Below are positions 1 through 7,869 of a stretch of DNA of 64,000 nt, one piece after another; within the stretch, counting starts at the first letter, position 1, and each line of letters begins with the position of its first letter. This DNA is from Chloroflexota bacterium (GTDB taxonomy: Bacteria > Chloroflexota > Limnocylindria > Limnocylindrales > CSP1-4): contig CANJLL010000001.1 of NCBI GenBank assembly GCA_947475545.1, forward strand, positions 686,277 through 750,276. Direction: 5' to 3'. A program made the position numbers and the translations under genes. Below the pieces are notes generated by a model. That model made no database searches. It worked only from the letters and a program-made list of their open reading frames with translations, and was not told where the DNA came from.

Positions 1-59
1 GGTCTGCGTCGCCGTCGGGGGCCACGATCACGGCATCGACGCCGGGCCTTGGCGCGCTC

Positions 60-1718
60 GTGCCGCTGGCCGGCCAGGCCACAGACACGGGGCAGCTGGC
101 CAGCACCACACTGGGGCTGGGCGAGCGACTGTACGACGCCACCATCGGGCAGAGCCCCGATGGCTTCGTCGCCACCCTGCGCGACATCACGGACCGTCTC
201 CGGCGGGAGCGCGAGCTGATCGCGTCGGAGGAGCGCTATCGATCGCTGGTCGCCGAGCTGGATGCCGTCGTCACCGTTCAGGATGTCGCAAACGACAGCG
301 GGTTCGTCTCGGGGCAGACCGAGTTGCTCTTCGGCTACAGCGCGGAACAGCTGGCCAGCCCGGGCTTCTGGCGCAGCCTGGTTGTGCCGGAGGACCGGGC
401 GCCGGTCATTGCCACCTGGGACAGGGCGCAGGAGCGCCGCATCCTCGAACCGGAGCTCCTGCGCTACGAGCTGGAGTACCGGATCCTCCGGTCGGACGAC
501 GAGATCGTCTGGCTGAATGAGCGGATGCGCGCCGTCGTCGGTGACGACGGCCTGGCCGTGCGCTGGTACGGCGTCGCGACCGACGTGACCGGACGGCGGC
601 GGCATGAGGGCGACGCCGCAGCCTCCCGTGAAGCGTTTCGGGCCCTCTTCGAGAACGCGCCGCTGTACAGCATGGTCGTGCGGCAGGAGCGCGATGAGGC
701 AGGGCAGGTCGTGGACTGGGAGTTCCAGGCACTCAATCAGTCGGCGATCGAGCTGCTTGGGACGTCGGCCAATCAGATCGTCGGCAGGAGGGTGAGCGAG
801 CTGTACGGCGCGGCCGTGGAGATTGCCCTTGCCGCATCACTGGACATGGCCGGCGGCGGCAGACCCGTCACGCGAGATATCGTGCTCCCGGCCAACGGAC
901 GGACGTACCAGGTCACCAGCTTTGGGTTTGGGGAGGACCTGTGTGGCCTCCTCGCCCTGGACGTGACTGAATCCCTGCGAGCCCGCGCGACGAACGAGCA
1001 GCTGGCCCGGATGGCCGCCCTCGGCCAGCTTGCGGCCCGAGTCGCCCACGACTTCAAGAACCTGCTGTTCGGTATCGAGCTCCATCTTGGCCTGATGGGT
1101 CCTGACGAACCCCGGGATGAGTTGGTCTCGGACATCGACTCTGTCCGCAAGGCGGTCGCCATGGGGACCGCCCTCTCCCGACAGTTGCTCGACTTCGCCC
1201 GGCCGCGACCCCCGACCTCCGTCACCGACGTCGGTCAGTCCATCCGGGAACTCAGGCCGGTCCTGGAGCGCCTTGCCGGTCATCAGATCAGCCTCGACCT
1301 TCGACTGCCCGCCGGAACACTTCCAGCCCAGATCGATGATGTGCATCTCCAGCAGGTCTTCCTCGATCTCGTCCTCAACGCGCGTGATGCCACGCCCGGG
1401 GCCGGACGGATCGTCATCGAGGCCATCGCCCAGACGCTGCGCGCCAGCGACGCGACCAGGATCGGCCTGGCGACAGGACACTACGTCGTAATCCGCGTTG
1501 CCGATCACGGCAGCGGGATCCCGCCCGAGAACCTGGAGCGGATCTTCGAGCCCTACTTCACGACCAAGCCGGGGGGTAGCGGGACGGGACTGGGCCTCGC
1601 GACCGCATTTGCCACCCTGCAGGCGGCCGGCGGCGCCATCCACGCGGCCAACCAACCCGGCGGAGGTGCGATCATGACGATCTACCTTCGCGCTCCCGAC
1701 CGGAGGGCGCGCCGGTGA
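60..1718 (+). CDS. PAS-domain sensor histidine kinase (may be 5' truncated by the window edge)
   Basis: 552-aa ORF with PAS-like segments, H-box AHDFKNLL, N-box LVLNARDA and G-boxes DHGSGI / GGSGTGLGLA. The frame stays open upstream to nt 3. Confidence 0.85.
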   Translation: MPLAGQATDTGQLASTTLGLGERLYDATIGQSPDGFVATLRDITDRLRRERELIASEERYRSLVAELDAVVTVQDVANDSGFVSGQTELLFGYSAEQLASPGFWRSLVVPEDRAPVIATWDRAQERRILEPELLRYELEYRILRSDDEIVWLNERMRAVVGDDGLAVRWYGVATDVTGRRRHEGDAAASREAFRALFENAPLYSMVVRQERDEAGQVVDWEFQALNQSAIELLGTSANQIVGRRVSELYGAAVEIALAASLDMAGGGRPVTRDIVLPANGRTYQVTSFGFGEDLCGLLALDVTESLRARATNEQLARMAALGQLAARVAHDFKNLLFGIELHLGLMGPDEPRDELVSDIDSVRKAVAMGTALSRQLLDFARPRPPTSVTDVGQSIRELRPVLERLAGHQISLDLRLPAGTLPAQIDDVHLQQVFLDLVLNARDATPGAGRIVIEAIAQTLRASDATRIGLATGHYVVIRVADHGSGIPPENLERIFEPYFTTKPGGSGTGLGLATAFATLQAAGGAIHAANQPGGGAIMTIYLRAPDRRARR

Positions 1719-1806
1719 GTTCCGTCAGGACGGGAGTGCAGACCGTGGTTGCCGTGGCCGTAGTCGCGCAGACGGGCAGTGGGCGACCCGCCGTGGCGCC
1801 GCCGCC

Positions 1807-2541
1807 GTGGCACCCAGGTCCCGCGCGCCTCGGCGGACGCTCTGTGGCGGGGCCCCGGTGACCACCGAGCGCCAGACGCCGTCGTCCCCGGGCGTCCTCC
1901 GCGCCGTGATCGCCGATGACCACGTGGTGGTCCGGACCGGCCTGACGCGGGTCCTCGAGTCGAGTCGAGTCGCGACTGTGGTCGCGACTGTCGGCAGTGG
2001 CGACGACCTGGTCCAGTCGGTGCTGGATCCCGATCTCCGTGCCGACTTCGTCATCATGGATCTCGGGATGCCCGGCGGCGGGATCCCGCTCATCGAATCG
2101 CTCCGCGCGCTCCGCCCCACACTGCGAATCCTGGTGTACTCGATGAACGATGGGCATGACTGGGCCGTGCGCTGCCTGAGCGCGGGGGCCAACGGCTACG
2201 TCTCGAAGTCCGCCGACGTCGCCGACCTCATGAACGCGCTGACGCAGCTGGCGAGTGGCCGGCGCTACGTCAGCCAGCACGTCTCCGAGCAGTTGCTGGA
2301 CCTGATGATCTCCGGCGGCCAGGAGGCCATCGCGCGACCACACACTCTGCTGTCGAACCGCGAGATGGACGTGTTCACCCGCCTGGCCCGTGGTGAGTCG
2401 ACGGGGGCGATCGCCGAAACGCTCGGGCTGTCACCAAAGACGATCAGCACCTATCGTGGGCGAGTCCTCGAGAAGCTCGGGCTGGAGACCAACGCCGACC
2501 TGACGCTGTACGCCATCCGCCGCGGCCTGATCGCGTCCTGA
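1807..2541 (+). CDS. NarL/LuxR-family two-component response regulator
   Basis: REC domain (VIADDHVVVRTGL, FVIMDLGMPGGG) plus LuxR HTH (LSNREMDVFTRLARGESTGAIAETLGLSPKTISTYR). The true start is more likely GTG 1858. Confidence 0.9.
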   Translation: MAPRSRAPRRTLCGGAPVTTERQTPSSPGVLRAVIADDHVVVRTGLTRVLESSRVATVVATVGSGDDLVQSVLDPDLRADFVIMDLGMPGGGIPLIESLRALRPTLRILVYSMNDGHDWAVRCLSAGANGYVSKSADVADLMNALTQLASGRRYVSQHVSEQLLDLMISGGQEAIARPHTLLSNREMDVFTRLARGESTGAIAETLGLSPKTISTYRGRVLEKLGLETNADLTLYAIRRGLIAS

Positions 2542-2557
2542 TCGCGTCCCCCGGGGG
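2526..2557. repeat. 11-bp direct duplication (cctgatcgcgt x2) containing the regulator stop codon, followed by the palindrome cccccggggg
   Basis: Read directly: 2526-2536 equals 2537-2547. The TGA stop at 2539-2541 lies in copy 2. The palindrome is at 2548-2557, between convergent genes. Confidence 0.7.
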
Positions 2558-2592
2558 CAGCCGCAGGCTCGTGAGGCATGACGGCGCGGCCG

Positions 2593-3495
2593 CTACCCGG
2601 GCACGGACGACGGGCCGGGCAGCGTCGGGGCAACGATGATGTACCGGCCGTCGCGCTCCGGGTAGGGACCCTCCGGTCGCGCCCACGGGAGGAAGTTGCG
2701 GACCATCTCCGCCGAATCCTGGAAGACGCCGGGGCCGTCGGAGCGGCCCCAGATCATGGAGACCCGTGGGTACCAAGGATCCATGATGTACACGCCGCCC
2801 ACGGTGGCATCGGCGAAGACCGTGGGATCGGCGTCGGCCCGGTAGCCGTTCATGACCCAGGCGTGGGCCCCGCGCCAGACCAGCAGGATCACCGGCGATC
2901 CCGTCCGCGATAGTGCCGCCGCGGCGCCGCGGAGGGCGCCGGCCCGGGTCTGGTAGACGGTGACGGTGTAGCCCCCTACCCCGTACGCCGTGATCGCCGA
3001 CGCGATCGCCGTGGGCCCCCAGCCGCCATTGCGGCTGTCGGCCACGGTGGACCACTCGCCGACCCGCCCTGCGACCGCTGTCTGGAACGCGACCGACGTG
3101 TCGGCGCGCTGGCGCATCGCGAGGACCATCTGCACCGTGGCGGGTGAGCACCAGTCCTTCTGGGCCTCCGAGGCGAAGCTGGCGACCGGGTCCGCGACGA
3201 GGCGCACGTCGACCGCGACCCGCACCGGCAACGGCGTCGGGGTTGGTATCGCCGGCGAAGCGGTCGCGGGCGGGCGCGGCGCGCTGGGCGCCAGCGTCGG
3301 CGGAACTGTTGGGGGCAATGTGGGGGGCGATGTCGGGGATTGGCCCGCGGGCGACATGGGGGCGATCGCCACCAGGGTGGCCGCGGGACCGGGGCCGGCG
3401 CTGGCTCTGGGCAGCCCCACGCCGGCCGTCACCACGCCGGCGATCGCCGCGACCAACGCCAGTGCCGAGACGAGGGCGCCGCGTTCCGGCTTCAT
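2593..3495 (-). CDS. Secreted protein, possibly a papain-like/C39-like peptidase fold
   Basis: 300 aa with an N-terminal signal/TM segment (ALALVAAIAGVVTAGV) and a Pro/Thr/Ala-rich linker. The C-terminal domain has Cys (DWCSPATVQMVL) and His (GAHAWVMNGY) in papain-like order. The fold assignment is from memory only. Confidence 0.6.
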   Translation of the reverse strand: MKPERGALVSALALVAAIAGVVTAGVGLPRASAGPGPAATLVAIAPMSPAGQSPTSPPTLPPTVPPTLAPSAPRPPATASPAIPTPTPLPVRVAVDVRLVADPVASFASEAQKDWCSPATVQMVLAMRQRADTSVAFQTAVAGRVGEWSTVADSRNGGWGPTAIASAITAYGVGGYTVTVYQTRAGALRGAAAALSRTGSPVILLVWRGAHAWVMNGYRADADPTVFADATVGGVYIMDPWYPRVSMIWGRSDGPGVFQDSAEMVRNFLPWARPEGPYPERDGRYIIVAPTLPGPSSVPG

Positions 3496-3905
3496 GGCTC
3501 GAGATCCAGCGCACGCACGTGGCGGGGCCGGAACACGGCGATCGGGCGACGGTCGAACGTGGCCACCCGCCGCACCCCGAGGCGCTCCGCAAGGGCCACC
3601 AGCACGGCGTCCGCCAACCGCGGCCGATGCTCCGCGGCCTCCCCCAACAGCCCGGCCGCACGAGACAGGTCAGCCGTCGTGGGCGCCACCAGCCGGATCT
3701 CGCCGCCAACCAGCGAATCCACCACGGCCAGTGAGGCGCGCTGACCCAGCTCGCGCTGCAGCAGCACGTCCAGCTCGCCGAGGGTCAGGGCGGACAGGAG
3801 GAGCGGCTCGTCTGCGCGGCGAAACCAGGCCACGGCGGCATCATGGTTGAGATCCGCCCGATCGGCCGCCGCGAGGACCGCGCTGGTGTCGAGCAGGATG
3901 GCCAT
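3492..3905 (-). CDS. vapC: PIN-domain ribonuclease toxin VapC
   Basis: 137 aa. The N-terminus MAILLDTSAVLAA is typical of PIN domains and acidic residues are spaced as in VapC. It sits directly downstream of an RHH antitoxin. Confidence 0.85.
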   Translation of the reverse strand: MAILLDTSAVLAAADRADLNHDAAVAWFRRADEPLLLSALTLGELDVLLQRELGQRASLAVVDSLVGGEIRLVAPTTADLSRAAGLLGEAAEHRPRLADAVLVALAERLGVRRVATFDRRPIAVFRPRHVRALDLEP

Positions 3906-3907
3906 GG

Positions 3908-4156
3908 TCAGACCCGCCGGGCCGATCGGCCGGCCTCGCGCCGCGCGATGACACGGCCATCCAGCGATAGCCGCCCATGACTGCTTCGGCCGACGCCGAT
4001 GAAGGCCAGGTCCGGCGCCGCTTCGTTCGCGGCCAGCCAGGTCTCGAGCGCCTCTCCGATGATGGCGGTCTTGGTGGTGCGCTGGAGATGCGCCACTCGA
4101 TCCAGTCGTTCCAGCAGGTCACCCTCGAGGAGAACCGTCGTCCGCTTGGTTGTCAT
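3908..4156 (-). CDS. vapB: Ribbon-helix-helix (CopG-type) antitoxin VapB
   Basis: 82-aa internal start (MTTKRTTVLLEGDLLERLDRVAHLQRTTKTAIIGEALETWL) within ORF 3908..4645. A 2-nt gap separates it from vapC. The start was confirmed by both residue count and sequence. Confidence 0.8.
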   Translation of the reverse strand: MTTKRTTVLLEGDLLERLDRVAHLQRTTKTAIIGEALETWLAANEAAPDLAFIGVGRSSHGRLSLDGRVIARREAGRSARRV

Positions 4157-4172
4157 ATGACCGCATATATGC
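4153..4172. promoter_or_regulatory. AT-rich palindromes at the vapB start (tcatatga, gcatatatgc): candidate autoregulatory operator / leaderless promoter
   Basis: Perfect palindromes at 4153-4160 and 4163-4172 in an otherwise GC-rich region, abutting the vapB ATG. Confidence 0.4.
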
Positions 4173-4304
4173 GCTACTGGCGCGATCCTGTCAAGCCGTG
4201 GCACGATCCCGCCGTCACGTCGAACCGTTCGCGGTGCCCCGCCCGTACCGCCGCCCGATCCGCGTCCGCCATCGCCCGCACCCAACCCCGCCAGGAGGCC
4301 GCCA

Positions 4305-5483
4305 GTGACCCGCTTCGAGCCCAACCTCCGGATCCCTGGCCCGGTGGGCCTGCCGCCCTCCGTCCGCGCTGCGGGCGGGCGCCAGATGATCAACCACCGC
4401 AGCCCGGAGTTCGCGGCGATGCTCGTCCGCGTCCTCGACCGGATGCGGCCGTTCTTCGGGACCGACAACGACATCGCCATCCTGTCGTGCTCAGGCTCGG
4501 GCGGGATGGAGGCGGTCGTGGTCAACACGATCTCCCCGGGCGACCGCGTCCTCGTGCTCAGCATCGGCTCCTTCGGCGATCGATTTGCGGAGGTGGCGAC
4601 GGCCTTCGGGGCGAACGTCACGAAGCTCGATTTCGAGTGGGGCACCGCCGCTGATCCGGCGGTCGTGCGCGCGCACCTGGCCGCTAACCCCGGCTACCGT
4701 GCCGTCCTGATCACGCACAACGAGACCTCGACCGGGGTCATCAACCCGCTCGCCGAGCTGGCCGCCGTCTGCCGTGAGGTGCAGCCGGAGGCCCTGATCC
4801 TGGTCGACGGGATCTCGAGCATCGGCGCGGTCCCGTTCGAGATGGACGCGTGGGGCGTTGACGTGGCCGTGACCGCGTCCCAGAAGGCGTGGATGTCGGC
4901 CCCGGGGCTGGCCATGGTTGCTGCCTCGCGGCGGGCCTGGCACGCCATGGAGACCACGACGGGCCCGCGCTTCTACTTCGACCTTCGGGCGCATCGCAAG
5001 GCGCATGCCACGGGCGAGACGCCCTGGACGCCGGCGGTCGCCGCATTCTTCCAGGTCGACGAGGGGCTGCGCCTCCTGGAGCAGGAGACCACCGCCGGCG
5101 TGTTCGCCCGGCACCTGGCCTGCGCGGCCGCCACCCGGGCGGCCATCGCCGAGCTGGGCTTCCCGATGCTGGCCGCTCCCGCCCATGCGTCGAAGACCGT
5201 CACGGCAGTGCTGATCCCGGATGGCCTCGACTGGAAGGCGTTCAACGCCGCCGTCACGCGTCGCGGCATTGTCCTGGCCGGCGGCCAGGGCAAGTTGACC
5301 GGGAAGATCTTCCGGGTGGGCCACCTGGGCTCGGCCACGGTCGAGGAGATCCTCGGCGTCGCCGCCGCCTTCGAAGGCGCACTGATCGAGCTGGGCCGGC
5401 CGGTGACCCCGGGCGCGGCCGTCGCAGCGGCGCAGCGCGCCGCCCTGGCAAGTGCAGCGGCCCCGGTCGCGGAGGAGAAGTGA
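4305..5483 (+). CDS. Class V aminotransferase (serine-pyruvate / phosphoserine aminotransferase-like)
   Basis: 392 aa with class-V features (NHRSPEF, THNETSTGV, SQKAW with the PLP lysine). AGGAGG lies about 9 nt upstream of GTG 4305. Confidence 0.9.
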   Translation: MTRFEPNLRIPGPVGLPPSVRAAGGRQMINHRSPEFAAMLVRVLDRMRPFFGTDNDIAILSCSGSGGMEAVVVNTISPGDRVLVLSIGSFGDRFAEVATAFGANVTKLDFEWGTAADPAVVRAHLAANPGYRAVLITHNETSTGVINPLAELAAVCREVQPEALILVDGISSIGAVPFEMDAWGVDVAVTASQKAWMSAPGLAMVAASRRAWHAMETTTGPRFYFDLRAHRKAHATGETPWTPAVAAFFQVDEGLRLLEQETTAGVFARHLACAAATRAAIAELGFPMLAAPAHASKTVTAVLIPDGLDWKAFNAAVTRRGIVLAGGQGKLTGKIFRVGHLGSATVEEILGVAAAFEGALIELGRPVTPGAAVAAAQRAALASAAAPVAEEK

Positions 5484-7066
5484 TGCGGATCCTGGTCGCC
5501 GAGCCCATCGCGGAGGAGGGCATCGCCCAGCTCCGTGAGCAGCATGACGTCGACGTCCGGATCGGGCTCAATCCCGACCAGCTCGCCGAGATCATGGGCG
5601 AGTACGACGCGCTGGTCGTCCGCAGCCAGGTGGACGTCGACGCGAAGCTGATCGCCGCGGGCAAGCGCCTGACGGTCATCGGCCGGGCCGGCGTCGGCGT
5701 GGACAACGTGGACCTGGACTCGGCCACCCGGGCCGGAATCACCGTGGTCAACGCACCCACCGGCAACACCATCGCGGCGACCGAGCAGACCCTGGCGCTG
5801 ATGCTGGCCGTCGCGCGCAAGGTCGCGGCCGCGGACGCATCGCTCCGGCGCGGCGAGTGGAAGCGGGCGCAGTTCACCGGACTCGAGCTCCGCGGGCGGA
5901 CCCTCGGGATCATCGGCCTCGGCAAGATCGGCCAGGCCATCGCCCAGCGGGCGCGCGCCTTCGAGATGACGGTCGTGGGCGTTGACCCGTACGTCAGCAC
6001 CGAGCAGGCCGCCCTCCACGGCATCGAACTGGTGGACCTGGATGCGCTCCTGGCCCGGTCGGACGTCGTCACGATCCACGTGCCGCTCACCCGCTCGACC
6101 AAGGGGATGATCAACACGGCCGCCATCGCCAAGATGAAGAAGACGGCGATCCTGCTCAACGTCGCCCGCGGCGGCGTGATCGACGAGCGTGACGTCGCCG
6201 ATGCGCTCAAGGCGGGCCGGCTGGGCGGCGCCGGGATCGACGTCTTCGATCACGAGCCACCAAAGGATTCACCGCTCCTCGAGGCGCCCAACACCGTCCT
6301 CACGCCCCACCTGGGCGCCTCGACGGCCGAGGCGCAGATCCTGGTCGCCGAGGAGGTCGCGGAGCAGATCCTCGATGTCCTGGCCGGTCGCAGTGCCCGC
6401 TACGCGGTCAATGCCCCGCTGCTGACCCCGGAGACCGCCAAGGCGATCGCCCCGTACCTCCCGCTGGCCGAGATGCTTGGCCGCTTCTTCGCGCAGTTCT
6501 GCCGGACCGGCGTCACCACGCTGACGCTGGAGATCGCCGGCGAGCCCGCCGCTCACGACGCCTCGCCGCTGACCGCAGCGGTCCTGCGCGGCCTCCTGGA
6601 GACCACCACGACCGAGCGGGTCAACCTCATCAACGCGGGCGCCCTGGCCAAGGCCCGCGGTATCACCGTCGTCGAGAAGAAGGTCCCCAGCGCCGGCACG
6701 TACGCCGCGCAGCTGACGCTCTCGGGCGAGGCCAATGGCGTCGTCACCAGGGTTGCCGGCACCATCGCCAACGGCGAGCCACGCCTCACCCGGCTCGACG
6801 ACTACGGGATCGACATGGCCGCCACTGACGTCATGCTCATCACGCGGCACCTCGACCGCCCGGGCACCATGGGACGGATCGGCCTGATGCTCGGCGAGGC
6901 CGATGTGAATATCAGCGCCATGCACCTTGCCCGCTCCGAGCCGCGCCAGGACGCCTTGATGATCCTCGCGCTCGACGACGACCTCCCGGCCGACGTCGCC
7001 GGCGCGATCCGCGGTCACGACGCGGTCCTGGACCTGTGGACGGTCCGGCTGGTCGCCGAGCGGTGA
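5483..7066 (+). CDS. serA: D-3-phosphoglycerate dehydrogenase
   Basis: Internal start MRILVAEPIAEEG in ORF 4889..7066, with an ATGA overlap onto the upstream stop. It has the Rossmann motif GIIGLGKIGQ, catalytic region and C-terminal ACT domain. Confidence 0.93.
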   Translation: MRILVAEPIAEEGIAQLREQHDVDVRIGLNPDQLAEIMGEYDALVVRSQVDVDAKLIAAGKRLTVIGRAGVGVDNVDLDSATRAGITVVNAPTGNTIAATEQTLALMLAVARKVAAADASLRRGEWKRAQFTGLELRGRTLGIIGLGKIGQAIAQRARAFEMTVVGVDPYVSTEQAALHGIELVDLDALLARSDVVTIHVPLTRSTKGMINTAAIAKMKKTAILLNVARGGVIDERDVADALKAGRLGGAGIDVFDHEPPKDSPLLEAPNTVLTPHLGASTAEAQILVAEEVAEQILDVLAGRSARYAVNAPLLTPETAKAIAPYLPLAEMLGRFFAQFCRTGVTTLTLEIAGEPAAHDASPLTAAVLRGLLETTTTERVNLINAGALAKARGITVVEKKVPSAGTYAAQLTLSGEANGVVTRVAGTIANGEPRLTRLDDYGIDMAATDVMLITRHLDRPGTMGRIGLMLGEADVNISAMHLARSEPRQDALMILALDDDLPADVAGAIRGHDAVLDLWTVRLVAER

Positions 7067-7869
7067 CGGGAGCGGCGCCCTCCCGGGCGCCGCTCCACGC
7101 GTCCGGGCGGCGCGGCGCGCTCGTCCTGGTCCGCCACGGCCAGTCGACGTGGGTTGCGGAGGGTCGCTTCCAGGGTCGCCTCGACCCGCCGCTCTCCCGG
7201 CTCGGGCTGGCGCAGGCGCGCCGCACCGGTGCGTGGCTGGCTGCCCCAGGCGGCCCGCCCGGCCTGGGCCTCCCCACCCCGCCGCACGAGATCGTACATT
7301 CCCCGCTGCTGCGCGCAGCCCGGACCGCGGAGATCATCGCGGCTGCCGTCCGCACGTCCACCGGACGACCTTCGATCCCGCTCCGGCGGGCCGACGCGGG
7401 GCTGGCAGAGGTGGGCATGGGCGCCTGGGAGGGGCTCACGATCGCCGAAGTCGACGCCCGCTGGCCGGCCGAGCACGCGGCCTGGAGAGCCGATGCCCAG
7501 GGCACCACGCCGCCAGGTGGCGAGCCACTCAGGGCGGCCAACGACCGGGTCCGCGCCGCCCTTCCGGGCCTCCTCGGCCGCCTCGAGGCACGAGCCGAAG
7601 GGCCAGGTGGCCGTCCCTGGTCGATAGTTGTTGCCCACGGCGGCATCCTGCGACTGGTGTCCTTCGCCCTCCTGGACCTGCCGCTCGACCGCTTCTGGGT
7701 CCTCCCGTTCGCCCTGGCCGCCGTGACCGTGATCGACCTCGACGATGGACGAGCCAGCCTGCGGGCCCACAATCTCGTGGAACACCTCATGGGCGCCGGC
7801 CGTGACGCGATGCCGGCGGACGCGGGGGACGACCCGGCGGAAGCCGAGGCCGGGCTCCGGGCCCTCTAG
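7063..7869 (+). CDS. Histidine phosphatase family protein (dPGM-like); candidate phosphoserine phosphatase
   Basis: RHG motif (LVLVRHGQSTW) and a second His (VVAHGGI). The GTG 7063 start overlaps the serA stop (GTGA). The ORF track gives 7036 as the earliest start. Confidence 0.8.
   Translation: MTGAAPSRAPLHASGRRGALVLVRHGQSTWVAEGRFQGRLDPPLSRLGLAQARRTGAWLAAPGGPPGLGLPTPPHEIVHSPLLRAARTAEIIAAAVRTSTGRPSIPLRRADAGLAEVGMGAWEGLTIAEVDARWPAEHAAWRADAQGTTPPGGEPLRAANDRVRAALPGLLGRLEARAEGPGGRPWSIVVAHGGILRLVSFALLDLPLDRFWVLPFALAAVTVIDLDDGRASLRAHNLVEHLMGAGRDAMPADAGDDPAEAEAGLRAL

Noticed and set aside
4889-5482. 725-aa version of serA starting at 4889, and similar long N-terminal extensions in the track (25376..27013, 46558.., 46806.., 60112..61650, 60636..61994)
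   Set aside because: The extensions overlap upstream genes in another frame and are low-complexity. Internal starts coincide with stop/start overlaps and with the canonical N-termini.
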